A DNA stretch of 64,000 bases from an uncultured cyanobacterium. Lineage in GTDB: Bacteria > Cyanobacteriota > Cyanobacteriia > Phormidesmidales > Phormidesmidaceae. The stretch is from the NCBI GenBank assembly GCA_963793265.1, contig CAWBZI010000001.1, forward strand, positions 160,001 through 224,000, read 5' to 3'. Positions 50,589 through 59,454 of the stretch are shown here, in pieces (the first letter of the stretch is position 1; the number at the start of each line of letters is the position of its first letter). Position numbers and translations under genes: made by a program. The notes under the pieces are model-generated. The model saw only the letters and a list, made by a program, of their open reading frames with translations. It was not told the origin of the DNA and did no database searches.

Positions 50589-52129
50589 CCTAGTCGCTCT
50601 ATCAAATGGTCGCCTACGCGCATAGCGTTAGCCATGATGGTGAGAGAAGGGTTAACGGCGGCGCTAGAAGGGAAGAAGCTGCCGTCTACAACATAGAGGT
50701 TGTCTATATCGTGGGTTTTGCAGTGGGTGTCTAGTACGGAGGTAGCTGGATCGGTGCCGAAGCGACAGGTGCCGACCTGATGGGCGATCGCACCAATCGG
50801 CAAAATCTTACTAAAATACCAGGACACCGGCAGCACGCTACCTTCATTGTCCACGTCCTGAACGACCTTAATCCACCGCTTAATCAGCCGCTTAAACGCC
50901 TTCATATTATTGGGCTCATACTTCAAAGTAATCTGCCCATCTTTTACCATCACCCGGTTCTCAGCATCCGGGGCATCCTCACCCGTGAGCCACCAGTCCA
51001 CCGTCCGCTTCGCCGCCACCCGCAGCGCCCAGGTCGGCGCAATCTTCGGCACATCTAGCGCCAGCATTCGATGGTTCACCTTGCCGAGTAGCTGAACGTG
51101 GCCCATCGGATAGTCAAAGCCAGGCTCGCCCCAATAGTAATCGTTAATCGCCAAAGTCTTTTGGAACACGCTGTCATTTTCTTTCAGAGAAAGTCCAACA
51201 ATCGCTGCTGCCAAATGCTTCATAAAATTGCGGCCCACCTGATCCGAACTGTTGGCAAGTCCATTCGGATGCTGTTCATTAGCAGACTTTAGTAGCAGCG
51301 CCGCAGAATTTACCGCACCACAGGCAACAACAACAATATCGCCCGAGAAAGTCTGCGTTTCGCCATTAATTTCAGCTTCTACGCCCGTAATCTCTTTCCC
51401 CGACTCGCTCGTATGCAGCTTGTTTACCTTCGCCTCAGTAATCAGCCGAACGTTGGCATTCCCCATCGTAGGCCGAATACAGTTCACATCCGCATCAGAT
51501 TTGGCATCAATAAAGCAGGGAAAGCCATCGCAGGTATTACAGCGAATGCACTCACTTAAAAAAGCATCTTTTTCATTGAGCTTCACCGACAGCGGCAGAT
51601 AAAAAGGATTAAGCCCTTTCTTTTGTAGCGCTTTATCCATCCAGGCAATTCGCGGCTCATGGCTCACAGGCGGATAGGCATAGTCAGCGCTGCGCGGCGG
51701 CTCAGTCGGGTCATCACCTTGTTTGCCGTGCACCTGATACAGTTTCTCAGCCTGTTCGTAGTAGGGCGCAAAGTCGTTATACTTCAGCGGCCAGGCGGGT
51801 GATATGCCTTCACTCAGCCTCACTTCGTCAAAGTCTTCTTCTCTTAAGCGAAACAGCGCACCGCCGTAGACTTTGGTATTGCCACCGACCCAATAGCCGA
51901 TGCCCGGATTAATATCGTTACCGTCTCTATCGGCCCACACCTCATTGGTTTGGTAGCGGCCATCTCGAAACACAGCGTCCGTGCTCCAGTTCGCTTTTTC
52001 TTTCGGTAAAAAGGAGCCGCGTTCTAGCACCAGCACTTTTTTACCGCTAGGCGCTAACCGATGGGCTAACGTACCGCCACCCGCGCCCGTGCCAATGATA
52101 ATCACGTCGTAATGTTCGGCTGCGGTCAT
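50585..52129 (-). CDS. GMC family oxidoreductase
   Basis: IIGTGAGGG, VGGNTKVYG, HQVGTCRFG, NLYVVDGSFFPS..AVNPSLT. Confidence 0.93.
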   Translation of the reverse strand: MTAAEHYDVIIIGTGAGGGTLAHRLAPSGKKVLVLERGSFLPKEKANWSTDAVFRDGRYQTNEVWADRDGNDINPGIGYWVGGNTKVYGGALFRLREEDFDEVRLSEGISPAWPLKYNDFAPYYEQAEKLYQVHGKQGDDPTEPPRSADYAYPPVSHEPRIAWMDKALQKKGLNPFYLPLSVKLNEKDAFLSECIRCNTCDGFPCFIDAKSDADVNCIRPTMGNANVRLITEAKVNKLHTSESGKEITGVEAEINGETQTFSGDIVVVACGAVNSAALLLKSANEQHPNGLANSSDQVGRNFMKHLAAAIVGLSLKENDSVFQKTLAINDYYWGEPGFDYPMGHVQLLGKVNHRMLALDVPKIAPTWALRVAAKRTVDWWLTGEDAPDAENRVMVKDGQITLKYEPNNMKAFKRLIKRWIKVVQDVDNEGSVLPVSWYFSKILPIGAIAHQVGTCRFGTDPATSVLDTHCKTHDIDNLYVVDGSFFPSSAAVNPSLTIMANAMRVGDHLIERLG

Positions 52130-52178
52130 AGCTTTAGTCCTAGAGAGTTGAGAACGAAGTCAGCAAAAAAGGGAGTGC

Positions 52179-53045
52179 TTAGATTCTTCTTTTATACGCT
52201 TTTAGTGTCAATGGGCCGAAGGTAATAAACAGTACCAGGCTCCAGGCTAGCGTAACTAATACTAATCTCATGGCAGGCTCACCGCTCGCCAAGGCTCGCA
52301 TTGCTTCAGAGATGGTGGAAACGGGGTTGAGGGTGACAAAGCCTAAGGCCCAGTCGGGAAAGCCTTCTTTGGGGACGTAGCCGACGCTCATGAAGGTGAA
52401 GGGCAAAATCCAGGGATTCATGATGGCGGAGATGGTTTCGGATGATTTTGCACCGACGGCGATGTAGAGGGCGACTAAGGCGATCGCTAATGTAAACACA
52501 GTCGGCAGCAGGAAAAAGCCAATCGCGCCCATCAGCCCACCGTAAAAGCGAAAGCCCACTAGATAGCCTGCCAAAACAATGCCGCTAATTTGAAAGAGCA
52601 CGCGCACGGCAGCAGCTAGGAGTCTTCCGCCCACTGCGGCGAGCCGGGCAATGGGCATGGCCCGCAGGCGCACGTCTCTACCGCTGCTGAGATCGTCGTA
52701 AAAAATGCTGCCAATATTAACGGTGGTAAAAATCAGCCCTTGAATGAGTGTGAACGGCAGTAAAAACTGGGCATAGCTGCTGTAGCTTTCGCCGGGCGCA
52801 ACGACTTTGGCAAAGCTGGCGGTAAATACCAGGAATAAGGACACCGGGAAGGCGGTAGACACGAGGATTTCGGCGGGGTTGCGAAAGTCTAGCAGGAGGT
52901 TGCGCCGGGCGATGGTAAGGATGTCGTTGAGCGATCGCCCCCATCCGCCCTCACGCCGCGCGGCTACCATCGCCGCAATCGAGTCTTGGTCAAGCTTTTC
53001 TGGTGTCATGGCGTCCGAGGGCATAGCGTCTAAGGTCATATTCAA
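52179..53045 (-). CDS. ABC-2 type exporter permease (DrrB/C-like)
   Basis: 6 TM, RLRAMPIAR, P.W......NPVS. Confidence 0.88.
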   Translation of the reverse strand: MNMTLDAMPSDAMTPEKLDQDSIAAMVAARREGGWGRSLNDILTIARRNLLLDFRNPAEILVSTAFPVSLFLVFTASFAKVVAPGESYSSYAQFLLPFTLIQGLIFTTVNIGSIFYDDLSSGRDVRLRAMPIARLAAVGGRLLAAAVRVLFQISGIVLAGYLVGFRFYGGLMGAIGFFLLPTVFTLAIALVALYIAVGAKSSETISAIMNPWILPFTFMSVGYVPKEGFPDWALGFVTLNPVSTISEAMRALASGEPAMRLVLVTLAWSLVLFITFGPLTLKAYKRRI

Positions 53046-53884
53046 AGCTGCTTATAAAGTCGAACCGACCAGAGCCCTAAGCCTATCCATAGCGCCACGA
53101 GCCACAGAAAGCTAGCTACAAAAAGCTCACCGCTTGCCGTACTGCCATCGACTAAAGCCCGCAACGCATCGCAGGTAACGCTCACCGGCTGATAGCGCAC
53201 AATTGGCTGTAGCCAGCTTGGAAAATTTTCGGTCGGGCTAAAGCCATTGCTGAGCAGTAGCAGCGGCGTGTAAGGAATAATGGCGACTGAATTTACCAGC
53301 GATGGATTGCGAAGCTTGAGCGCAAGGACGCTGTAGCCGGTAATGCAAGTGGTGGTAAATAGCGTGACCAGAATGAAGTAAGCCAGGAAGGCGAGCGACC
53401 CGCCGTAGAAGCGAAAGCCTAGCAGACAGGCGACTGCGAGCAAAATCACGGTCGCCAGTAATGCTCTTACCATGTAGGCCAGCACCAGCCCAGCCACCAC
53501 GGCCACGCGCGAAATTGGCATGGCCCGGCAGCGTTCCATCATGCCGGTTTCAATGTCGGTAGCGAGCATTACCGCTGAGCCAAACCCAGCGAAAAATAGC
53601 GTCTGCAAGTTGATTACGGGCACTAAATACTGGATATAGACCACGCCTTGAGCAGCCATCAGCTTTTGGCCGACGATCCAAAAGCCCAAGAGGAAAACCA
53701 TGGGGAAGATAGCGATCGCAACGATCACAATCGGGTTCCGCTTCAGCCGAATTAAATTACGCCAGGTAATCAACAGGCTGTCATCAATCGCCCTGCGCCA
53801 TCCCGTCTCCTGACGCTGAGCGATCATCTGCTGAGCTAGCTCGGCCACATCGTAAGTAGAAGGCATAGAAAATAAAAGAGCCAT
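53042..53884 (-). CDS. ABC-2 type exporter permease (DrrB/C-like)
   Basis: 6 TM, D.ETGMMERCRAMPISR, FPSWLQPIVRYQPVS. Confidence 0.88.
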   Translation of the reverse strand: MALLFSMPSTYDVAELAQQMIAQRQETGWRRAIDDSLLITWRNLIRLKRNPIVIVAIAIFPMVFLLGFWIVGQKLMAAQGVVYIQYLVPVINLQTLFFAGFGSAVMLATDIETGMMERCRAMPISRVAVVAGLVLAYMVRALLATVILLAVACLLGFRFYGGSLAFLAYFILVTLFTTTCITGYSVLALKLRNPSLVNSVAIIPYTPLLLLSNGFSPTENFPSWLQPIVRYQPVSVTCDALRALVDGSTASGELFVASFLWLVALWIGLGLWSVRLYKQL

Positions 53885-54130
53885 GGAAAAAATAGGCCAT
53901 CCAGAGTGTAGGCCAAAAAACTATCGAAAATCCAGGTTCGATTGAGGGGCGATCACCTGCATTCGGGCTGCGATCGCTTGCATTCGTTGTTTGAGGTTGC
54001 GGGCGGGTAAGTTAATAGCACGCTGAGCAAACAATCAATCTTGATATCGGCCATCTCGATTGATATCAGGCGCGCCGTTAAAAGTTCTCAGCATTGGGTG
54101 CTTTTTGATGGATATTTCTGGACTATAGCT

Positions 54131-55096
54131 ATGTTGAGAATTGCGATCGCAAAAACCCCTGAGCTAGTAGACGAAGTGCTCAAGCTGCGCCACCAGGTAT
54201 GGGGCGACGTGTGGGATGACGTTTGGGCCGATCAGCCCGATCAGCTTGTGCAAACCGATCCGACTCGCCTGATGGATCGGTTCGACACCTTCCCCTCCAC
54301 CACGCACATCGTTGCCATGGAGCAAACCCACCTGATCGGCAGCCTGCGCCTCACCCTCAACACATCCGCCGGAACCCCTGTCAGCGAGCTATACCATCTC
54401 AAGAGTACGCCGCCACCCGGACGCGTGCTCCTAAGCTGCGATTTACACTGCATTCACCCTTCCCATAGCGAGTCTTCAACTGCTGCTCAAACCACGTTGG
54501 GGCTAATGCTGATGGCTTGCTACGTCGGCATCAGCCAGCAGGTTACTCATATTGTCGCCTCTGTTCATCCTAAGAACGTCAGCCTGCTAGAGGGAATTGG
54601 GTTTCAGGTAATGGCCCATAAGATTACTCAAACCGCCGAAAAGCTCGATCATATTCCACTGATATTAAATATTAAAAGAGATCTTAAAGATGCATTTATG
54701 GAATTCTCTGAGCGCAACGAACTACAAGAGCTGATGCACTCGTACGGATGCGTACTCTATAGACCCGGAGAATCTATCTTGAGAGCAGGAACAACAGGCG
54801 ACTGCGCCTTTGTGATTGCCGATGGAGAAGTAGAAGTCAAGCACGCTGGCTCTCAAGCGGCAGTCGATACCATGGGCGTCGGTGAAGTGTTTGGCGAGCT
54901 AGCGCTATTAACAAATCAGGTACGCTCAGCAGACATTATCGCGAAAACTGAAGTGCGAGCAATGATCTTAGAAAAGTCTGTTTTTGTTGATCACCTCATG
55001 TCTGAGCCTAAAGTTGCGCTTAAGCTACTGACCAGCATGGGCCATCGTATGAAGCACCTGATCGATTATTGCAATACGCAAGAGATTAAAGCATAA
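54131..55096 (+). CDS. GNAT-fold N-acyltransferase (FeeM/LuxI-like) fused to a cyclic-nucleotide-binding domain
   Basis: LRHQVW, DRFD, IGSLRL in the N-half; GESIL..G..G..AFVI..GEVEV, FGELALL...RSA in the C-half. Confidence 0.75.
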   Translation: MLRIAIAKTPELVDEVLKLRHQVWGDVWDDVWADQPDQLVQTDPTRLMDRFDTFPSTTHIVAMEQTHLIGSLRLTLNTSAGTPVSELYHLKSTPPPGRVLLSCDLHCIHPSHSESSTAAQTTLGLMLMACYVGISQQVTHIVASVHPKNVSLLEGIGFQVMAHKITQTAEKLDHIPLILNIKRDLKDAFMEFSERNELQELMHSYGCVLYRPGESILRAGTTGDCAFVIADGEVEVKHAGSQAAVDTMGVGEVFGELALLTNQVRSADIIAKTEVRAMILEKSVFVDHLMSEPKVALKLLTSMGHRMKHLIDYCNTQEIKA

Positions 55097-55126
55097 AGGT
55101 CGCTTGCTAATAAACACAGTCACACT

Positions 55127-58100
55127 ATGCCCAACACATATGGCCTTTCGCTGGCATTCATAACGCCTGCTTTGACCGCTACAGTAGGGCTACTGCCAGC
55201 TCAGGCAGAGTCGATCATAGCCGCGCCTGATGGCACCGGGACGGTGATTGTTCAACAGGGCACACAGTTTGATATTGAGCAGGGCAGCTTTTCAGACGAT
55301 GGCGCTAATCAGTTTCACAGCTTTGAGCTGTTTTCTTTAGAAGCCGGGGAGCTAGCAAATTTTATAGCGCCCGCTGACGTTCAGAACATTGTCGCAAAAA
55401 TTAGCGACAGTGCGCCTTCAGTGATAAACGGCCAGCTACAGGTGTCAGCAAACGGCGGCGTGCCTGATGTGTATTTACTGAATCCTGCGGGCGTGCTTTT
55501 GGGGCCTAATGTCAGTCTAAATTTGCCTGCTAGTTTAACCATATCAACGGCGGATAGCATTGGGTTTGAAAACGGTTGGTTTGGCGGGGTTGACACAGGC
55601 AATCTTGGAGATTTGAGCGGTACGCCTACAGGTGAATTTGCCTTTTTGAGTGAAGAAAATGGAGCGCGTGGGGCGATCGCTAACCAGGGCACCCTATCGC
55701 TCACACCCGGCGCGAGCCTGTCGCTAATCGGCACCTCAATTACCAACACAGGCACAATATCCACGCCAGGCGGAAATATCACCCTAGCCGCTGTACCCGA
55801 AGAAAGTGTTGTTAAGCTCAGCAGGCAAAATAGCCTGCTGTCTTTAGAGCTAAGCGTGCCAGCCGGTTCAAACAACACGCTTTCCTTACTCGAACTGCCT
55901 GAGCTGCTTACCCATAGTGAGCGATCGCACGCTACCGAACTGATTACAAATCTCGATGGCTCTGTCAGCTTAGTCAATGCGGCCGCAAACAGTGTTGTAG
56001 CATCAGGCTCGCTGTCTGTTGAGAGTGAAACAGGGGTTGGTGGCGGTGTGGTGGTGGTGGGCGATCGCATCAATCTACAATCTGCCACCCTATCCGCATC
56101 CGGGCTCACAGGCGGCGGCACCGTCCGCATCGGCGGTAACACCAGAGGTCAGCGCGGTCTACCAACAGCTTCCTACACTCGTATTGATTCAAATACTTCT
56201 ATTGCAGCCGACGCCCTTCAGAGCGGGCAGGGTGGACAGGTTTCAGTCTGGGCCGACGATACCACACAGTATCTAGGCACAACGACCGCAACTGGCGGCG
56301 AACTTGACGGAGACGGCGGGTTTGTTGAAGTATCAGGCAAAAGAAACCTTTTTTTTGACGGCGTTGTCGATACGCGTGCCCCACAGGGTCAAACCGGATC
56401 GCTACTGCTCGACCCTGAAAACATTCTCATCATCAACGGCGCTTCAGCCCCAGACGACGATCAAATCACAGATGCCACCATCCTCGCCGCAGAAGGCGAC
56501 GGCCTCTTCACCATTGCCGAACGCACCCTAGCTAAGATATCCAGCCTCACGGATGTCACGCTAGAAGCCACTAACAACATCACCGTAGGCGTACTACAAG
56601 ACCAAACGCTCACCTTCGCGCCTAGCACCATATCTGGCACGCCTATTCCAAGCGGCGCTATCACGCTTAGAGCCGATGCGGACGGCGACGGCGCAGGCGA
56701 TTTCATCATGACTGATCCTGACACCATACTGATAGCGCCAGGCCGAGACGTTTCTATCTCAGGTGCCAACTTACAGCTAGGCGATCTCAATACAGCCGCA
56801 CTGTTTCAAGCGGGCAATATCACCCTTACAGCGAGCGGTTCGGTAACCACAGGCGATATTGACGCTCATGCCCCCCAGTCCAACAGTCAGGGCGGCAACG
56901 TTAGTATCACAGCCGCCGATATTACAACACGAAACATTCTTACTGACAGTCCTGCGCAAGCAGGCAACGTCTCGCTAATCGGTCAAATCGGCAGCATCAC
57001 CACAGGCGAAATTTCAGCCGCATCGCTCAATGGCCAGAATGGATTGATAGACCTCGCCTCGCCCGGCAGTATTTCAGTCGGTGGAGAAGTGATCCAAGCA
57101 CCACAGCCGCAAACGCCACCAGAATCTACGCCAGGAACACCACCAGATTTGTCACCAGAAGTACCAGCGACGCCAGCAATACCAGAAGTACCAGGCGAAA
57201 CGATAGGCGAAGCTGCCCTTGGTAATGCTGGGCTGACGGTTGGTTCACGTCAAACACTAGGTAGCTCAAACTCGGCTGGAGCAAGCGGCGGCGGTAGTGG
57301 GTTTGCTGGGCTAGGTGGCTTAGTCGGCGGCGGTGATGACGATGCTTCAGGGAGTAAAGGCGGTGGGAGCGTGGTGCTAAGTGAAGCGGAGGCTAATGAG
57401 GCGATCGCACAAATTGAAGGCGATCGCACCCAAACCTTCTCTAACTACTTTGGCCGCACCCTCGAATCCACTGAAAGGAACCTGGCCGATATTAAACAGC
57501 TCCTTACAGATGTAGAAGCCGAGAGTGGCAACCAATCAGCGTTTGTCTACGTAAAAGCGCCTGCTGCACGTCCAGACGGCACCGAAAGCCCCCTAGAGCT
57601 GATGCTAATAACCGCTCGCAGTGCGCCCGTGAAAATAACAATTCCCGAAGTCAAAAGCGCTGAACTGCTCAAAACAGTCTCAACCTTCCGCGACGACATG
57701 CTCACCTCTGTAAGGAGAGGCGGCACCCCTTATCTCACCTCAGCCCAACAGCTCCATCAGTGGCTCATCGACCCGATTGAAGCGGCCCTGCAAAACGAAC
57801 CGGGCGTTGATACGCTGGCATTCGCCATGGACGCTGGGTTGAGAACAATTCCGATCGCTGCGCTGCATGACGGAGAACAGTTTTTAGTTGAAAAATACAG
57901 CGTTGGCGTGTTGCCCTCACTGGGCTTAGTCGATCCGCACTACGCTTCCTTGCAGAACGCCCAGGTCATCGCCATGGGTGCCAGTGAGTTTGCCCGGCAA
58001 GATCCTCTACCGGCTGTGCCGCTCGAACTAAATCGCATCGATCAGCTTTGGCCCAGCGCTACGTTCTTAAACGAAAAATTCACCCGACAAAATCTCATCC

Positions 58101-58663
58101 AGCAGCGCGCCCAAACGCCCTACAACATTATTCACTTAGCCACACATGCCGACTTCAACCCAGGCAGCATCGACAATTCCTACGTTCAGCTTTGGGACGA
58201 AAAGCTCCCGCTCAGCGAACTAAAGCAGCTCGGGTGGAACTCTCCAGCCGTAGATTTACTTGTCCTTTCGGCCTGTAGTACGGCAGTGGGTAGCCCAGAA
58301 GCTGAACTCGGTTTTGCCGGGCTTGCCTTGGCCTCGGGCGTACGATCTGCTGTTGCGAGCCTGTGGTCGGTAGACGATGCCGGGACGCTGGCGCTGATGA
58401 GTGAGTTTTACCGGCAGCTAGCAATTATGCCGACGAAAGTAGAGGCATTGAGGGCTGCTCAGCTAGCCCTGCTGAACGGTCAGATGAACGGCCATCTTGA
58501 TAGAGAAGAAGATCCTGCAAGCGGACAACTACTGAATGGAGATATAGACGGAGGCAGTGAAAACGCACTTACGCACTCATTTGAGGCGGGTACTTTAAAA
58601 GACACAGACTTCTCTCATCCTTACTACTGGTCGGGCTTCACGATGATCGGGAGTCCGTGGTAA
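55127..58663 (+). CDS. Filamentous-haemagglutinin (TPS) N-terminal domain + CHAT caspase-like protease domain protein
   Basis: NQFHSF, LLNPAGV, GGFVEVSG, LLLDP; CHAT IHLATHA, LVLSACST, SLWSVDD, HPYYW. Confidence 0.92.
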   Translation: MPNTYGLSLAFITPALTATVGLLPAQAESIIAAPDGTGTVIVQQGTQFDIEQGSFSDDGANQFHSFELFSLEAGELANFIAPADVQNIVAKISDSAPSVINGQLQVSANGGVPDVYLLNPAGVLLGPNVSLNLPASLTISTADSIGFENGWFGGVDTGNLGDLSGTPTGEFAFLSEENGARGAIANQGTLSLTPGASLSLIGTSITNTGTISTPGGNITLAAVPEESVVKLSRQNSLLSLELSVPAGSNNTLSLLELPELLTHSERSHATELITNLDGSVSLVNAAANSVVASGSLSVESETGVGGGVVVVGDRINLQSATLSASGLTGGGTVRIGGNTRGQRGLPTASYTRIDSNTSIAADALQSGQGGQVSVWADDTTQYLGTTTATGGELDGDGGFVEVSGKRNLFFDGVVDTRAPQGQTGSLLLDPENILIINGASAPDDDQITDATILAAEGDGLFTIAERTLAKISSLTDVTLEATNNITVGVLQDQTLTFAPSTISGTPIPSGAITLRADADGDGAGDFIMTDPDTILIAPGRDVSISGANLQLGDLNTAALFQAGNITLTASGSVTTGDIDAHAPQSNSQGGNVSITAADITTRNILTDSPAQAGNVSLIGQIGSITTGEISAASLNGQNGLIDLASPGSISVGGEVIQAPQPQTPPESTPGTPPDLSPEVPATPAIPEVPGETIGEAALGNAGLTVGSRQTLGSSNSAGASGGGSGFAGLGGLVGGGDDDASGSKGGGSVVLSEAEANEAIAQIEGDRTQTFSNYFGRTLESTERNLADIKQLLTDVEAESGNQSAFVYVKAPAARPDGTESPLELMLITARSAPVKITIPEVKSAELLKTVSTFRDDMLTSVRRGGTPYLTSAQQLHQWLIDPIEAALQNEPGVDTLAFAMDAGLRTIPIAALHDGEQFLVEKYSVGVLPSLGLVDPHYASLQNAQVIAMGASEFARQDPLPAVPLELNRIDQLWPSATFLNEKFTRQNLIQQRAQTPYNIIHLATHADFNPGSIDNSYVQLWDEKLPLSELKQLGWNSPAVDLLVLSACSTAVGSPEAELGFAGLALASGVRSAVASLWSVDDAGTLALMSEFYRQLAIMPTKVEALRAAQLALLNGQMNGHLDREEDPASGQLLNGDIDGGSENALTHSFEAGTLKDTDFSHPYYWSGFTMIGSPW

Positions 58664-58722
58664 TTGAGGGCATGAGAGGGATTCAATGATTTTAGAGTCC
58701 TGTTTTAAGAGGCAACGCACCC

Positions 58723-59448
58723 GTGATAAACCTTAAGTTACCGCTGTTGATAACGGCTACTTTGCTACTGAGCACTTTGCCTGGCTATAGTCTAGAGTTT
58801 CCAAGAACTAGCGATCGCGGTGCTCCTTCTCGGACAGCCAGCGGCGGCACTCGGGGCGATCGCTGTCAGCTCCCTGCTAACAAACGCATCAGCGCCCTAG
58901 TACCCCGAAATAACATCAGCACGTTCACTAGCACCCAGGCCAGCCTTTGGCTACGCATTCCTACAGAACTCAGCCAAAAAAGAGCTGAAATCTTCGTTCA
59001 AAATCCTGAAACTTTCGAGATTGTCTACCAGCAGCAGTTTCTCTTATCAGACCTTGAAACTGGCATTTCAAAGATAGATCTACCGACTACGAATAACGAA
59101 GGAACCGCGCTATTAGCTATTGGGCAAGACTATTTTTGGGAGTTTGCAGTCATCTGCGACGCCTCCGATCGCACTAGAGATCATATTGCTCAAGGATTTG
59201 TACATAAACTCGAAACAACAGAAGCTTTTGAAGAAAAGCTTGAAACCCTTACACCCAGTCAGCAGGCCGAGCAGTACGCTGAAGCTGAAATCTGGCAAGA
59301 GACTTTAGAGTTAGCCTTGCAAACAAGAGCTGGTGACCCAACAGCATGGGCGCAGCTACTTGATTCTGTAGGACTCAACTTTTTGGCTGATGAACCCGAG
59401 GCTAACGACATCCTTTTAGACTGCTGTCAGCCTAGCGAGCCCAGCTAA
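58723..59448 (+). CDS. DUF928 domain protein
   Basis: Signal peptide, P.RTASGGTRG..C, Y.WEFAVIC, YAEAEIW, W..LL.SVGL. Confidence 0.88.
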   Translation: MINLKLPLLITATLLLSTLPGYSLEFPRTSDRGAPSRTASGGTRGDRCQLPANKRISALVPRNNISTFTSTQASLWLRIPTELSQKRAEIFVQNPETFEIVYQQQFLLSDLETGISKIDLPTTNNEGTALLAIGQDYFWEFAVICDASDRTRDHIAQGFVHKLETTEAFEEKLETLTPSQQAEQYAEAEIWQETLELALQTRAGDPTAWAQLLDSVGLNFLADEPEANDILLDCCQPSEPS

Positions 59449-59454
59449 AAGATT

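Noticed and set aside
55381..56142. 253-aa minus-strand ORF and other antisense ORFs inside long genes
   Set aside because: Shadow frames of well-supported genes, with no motifs
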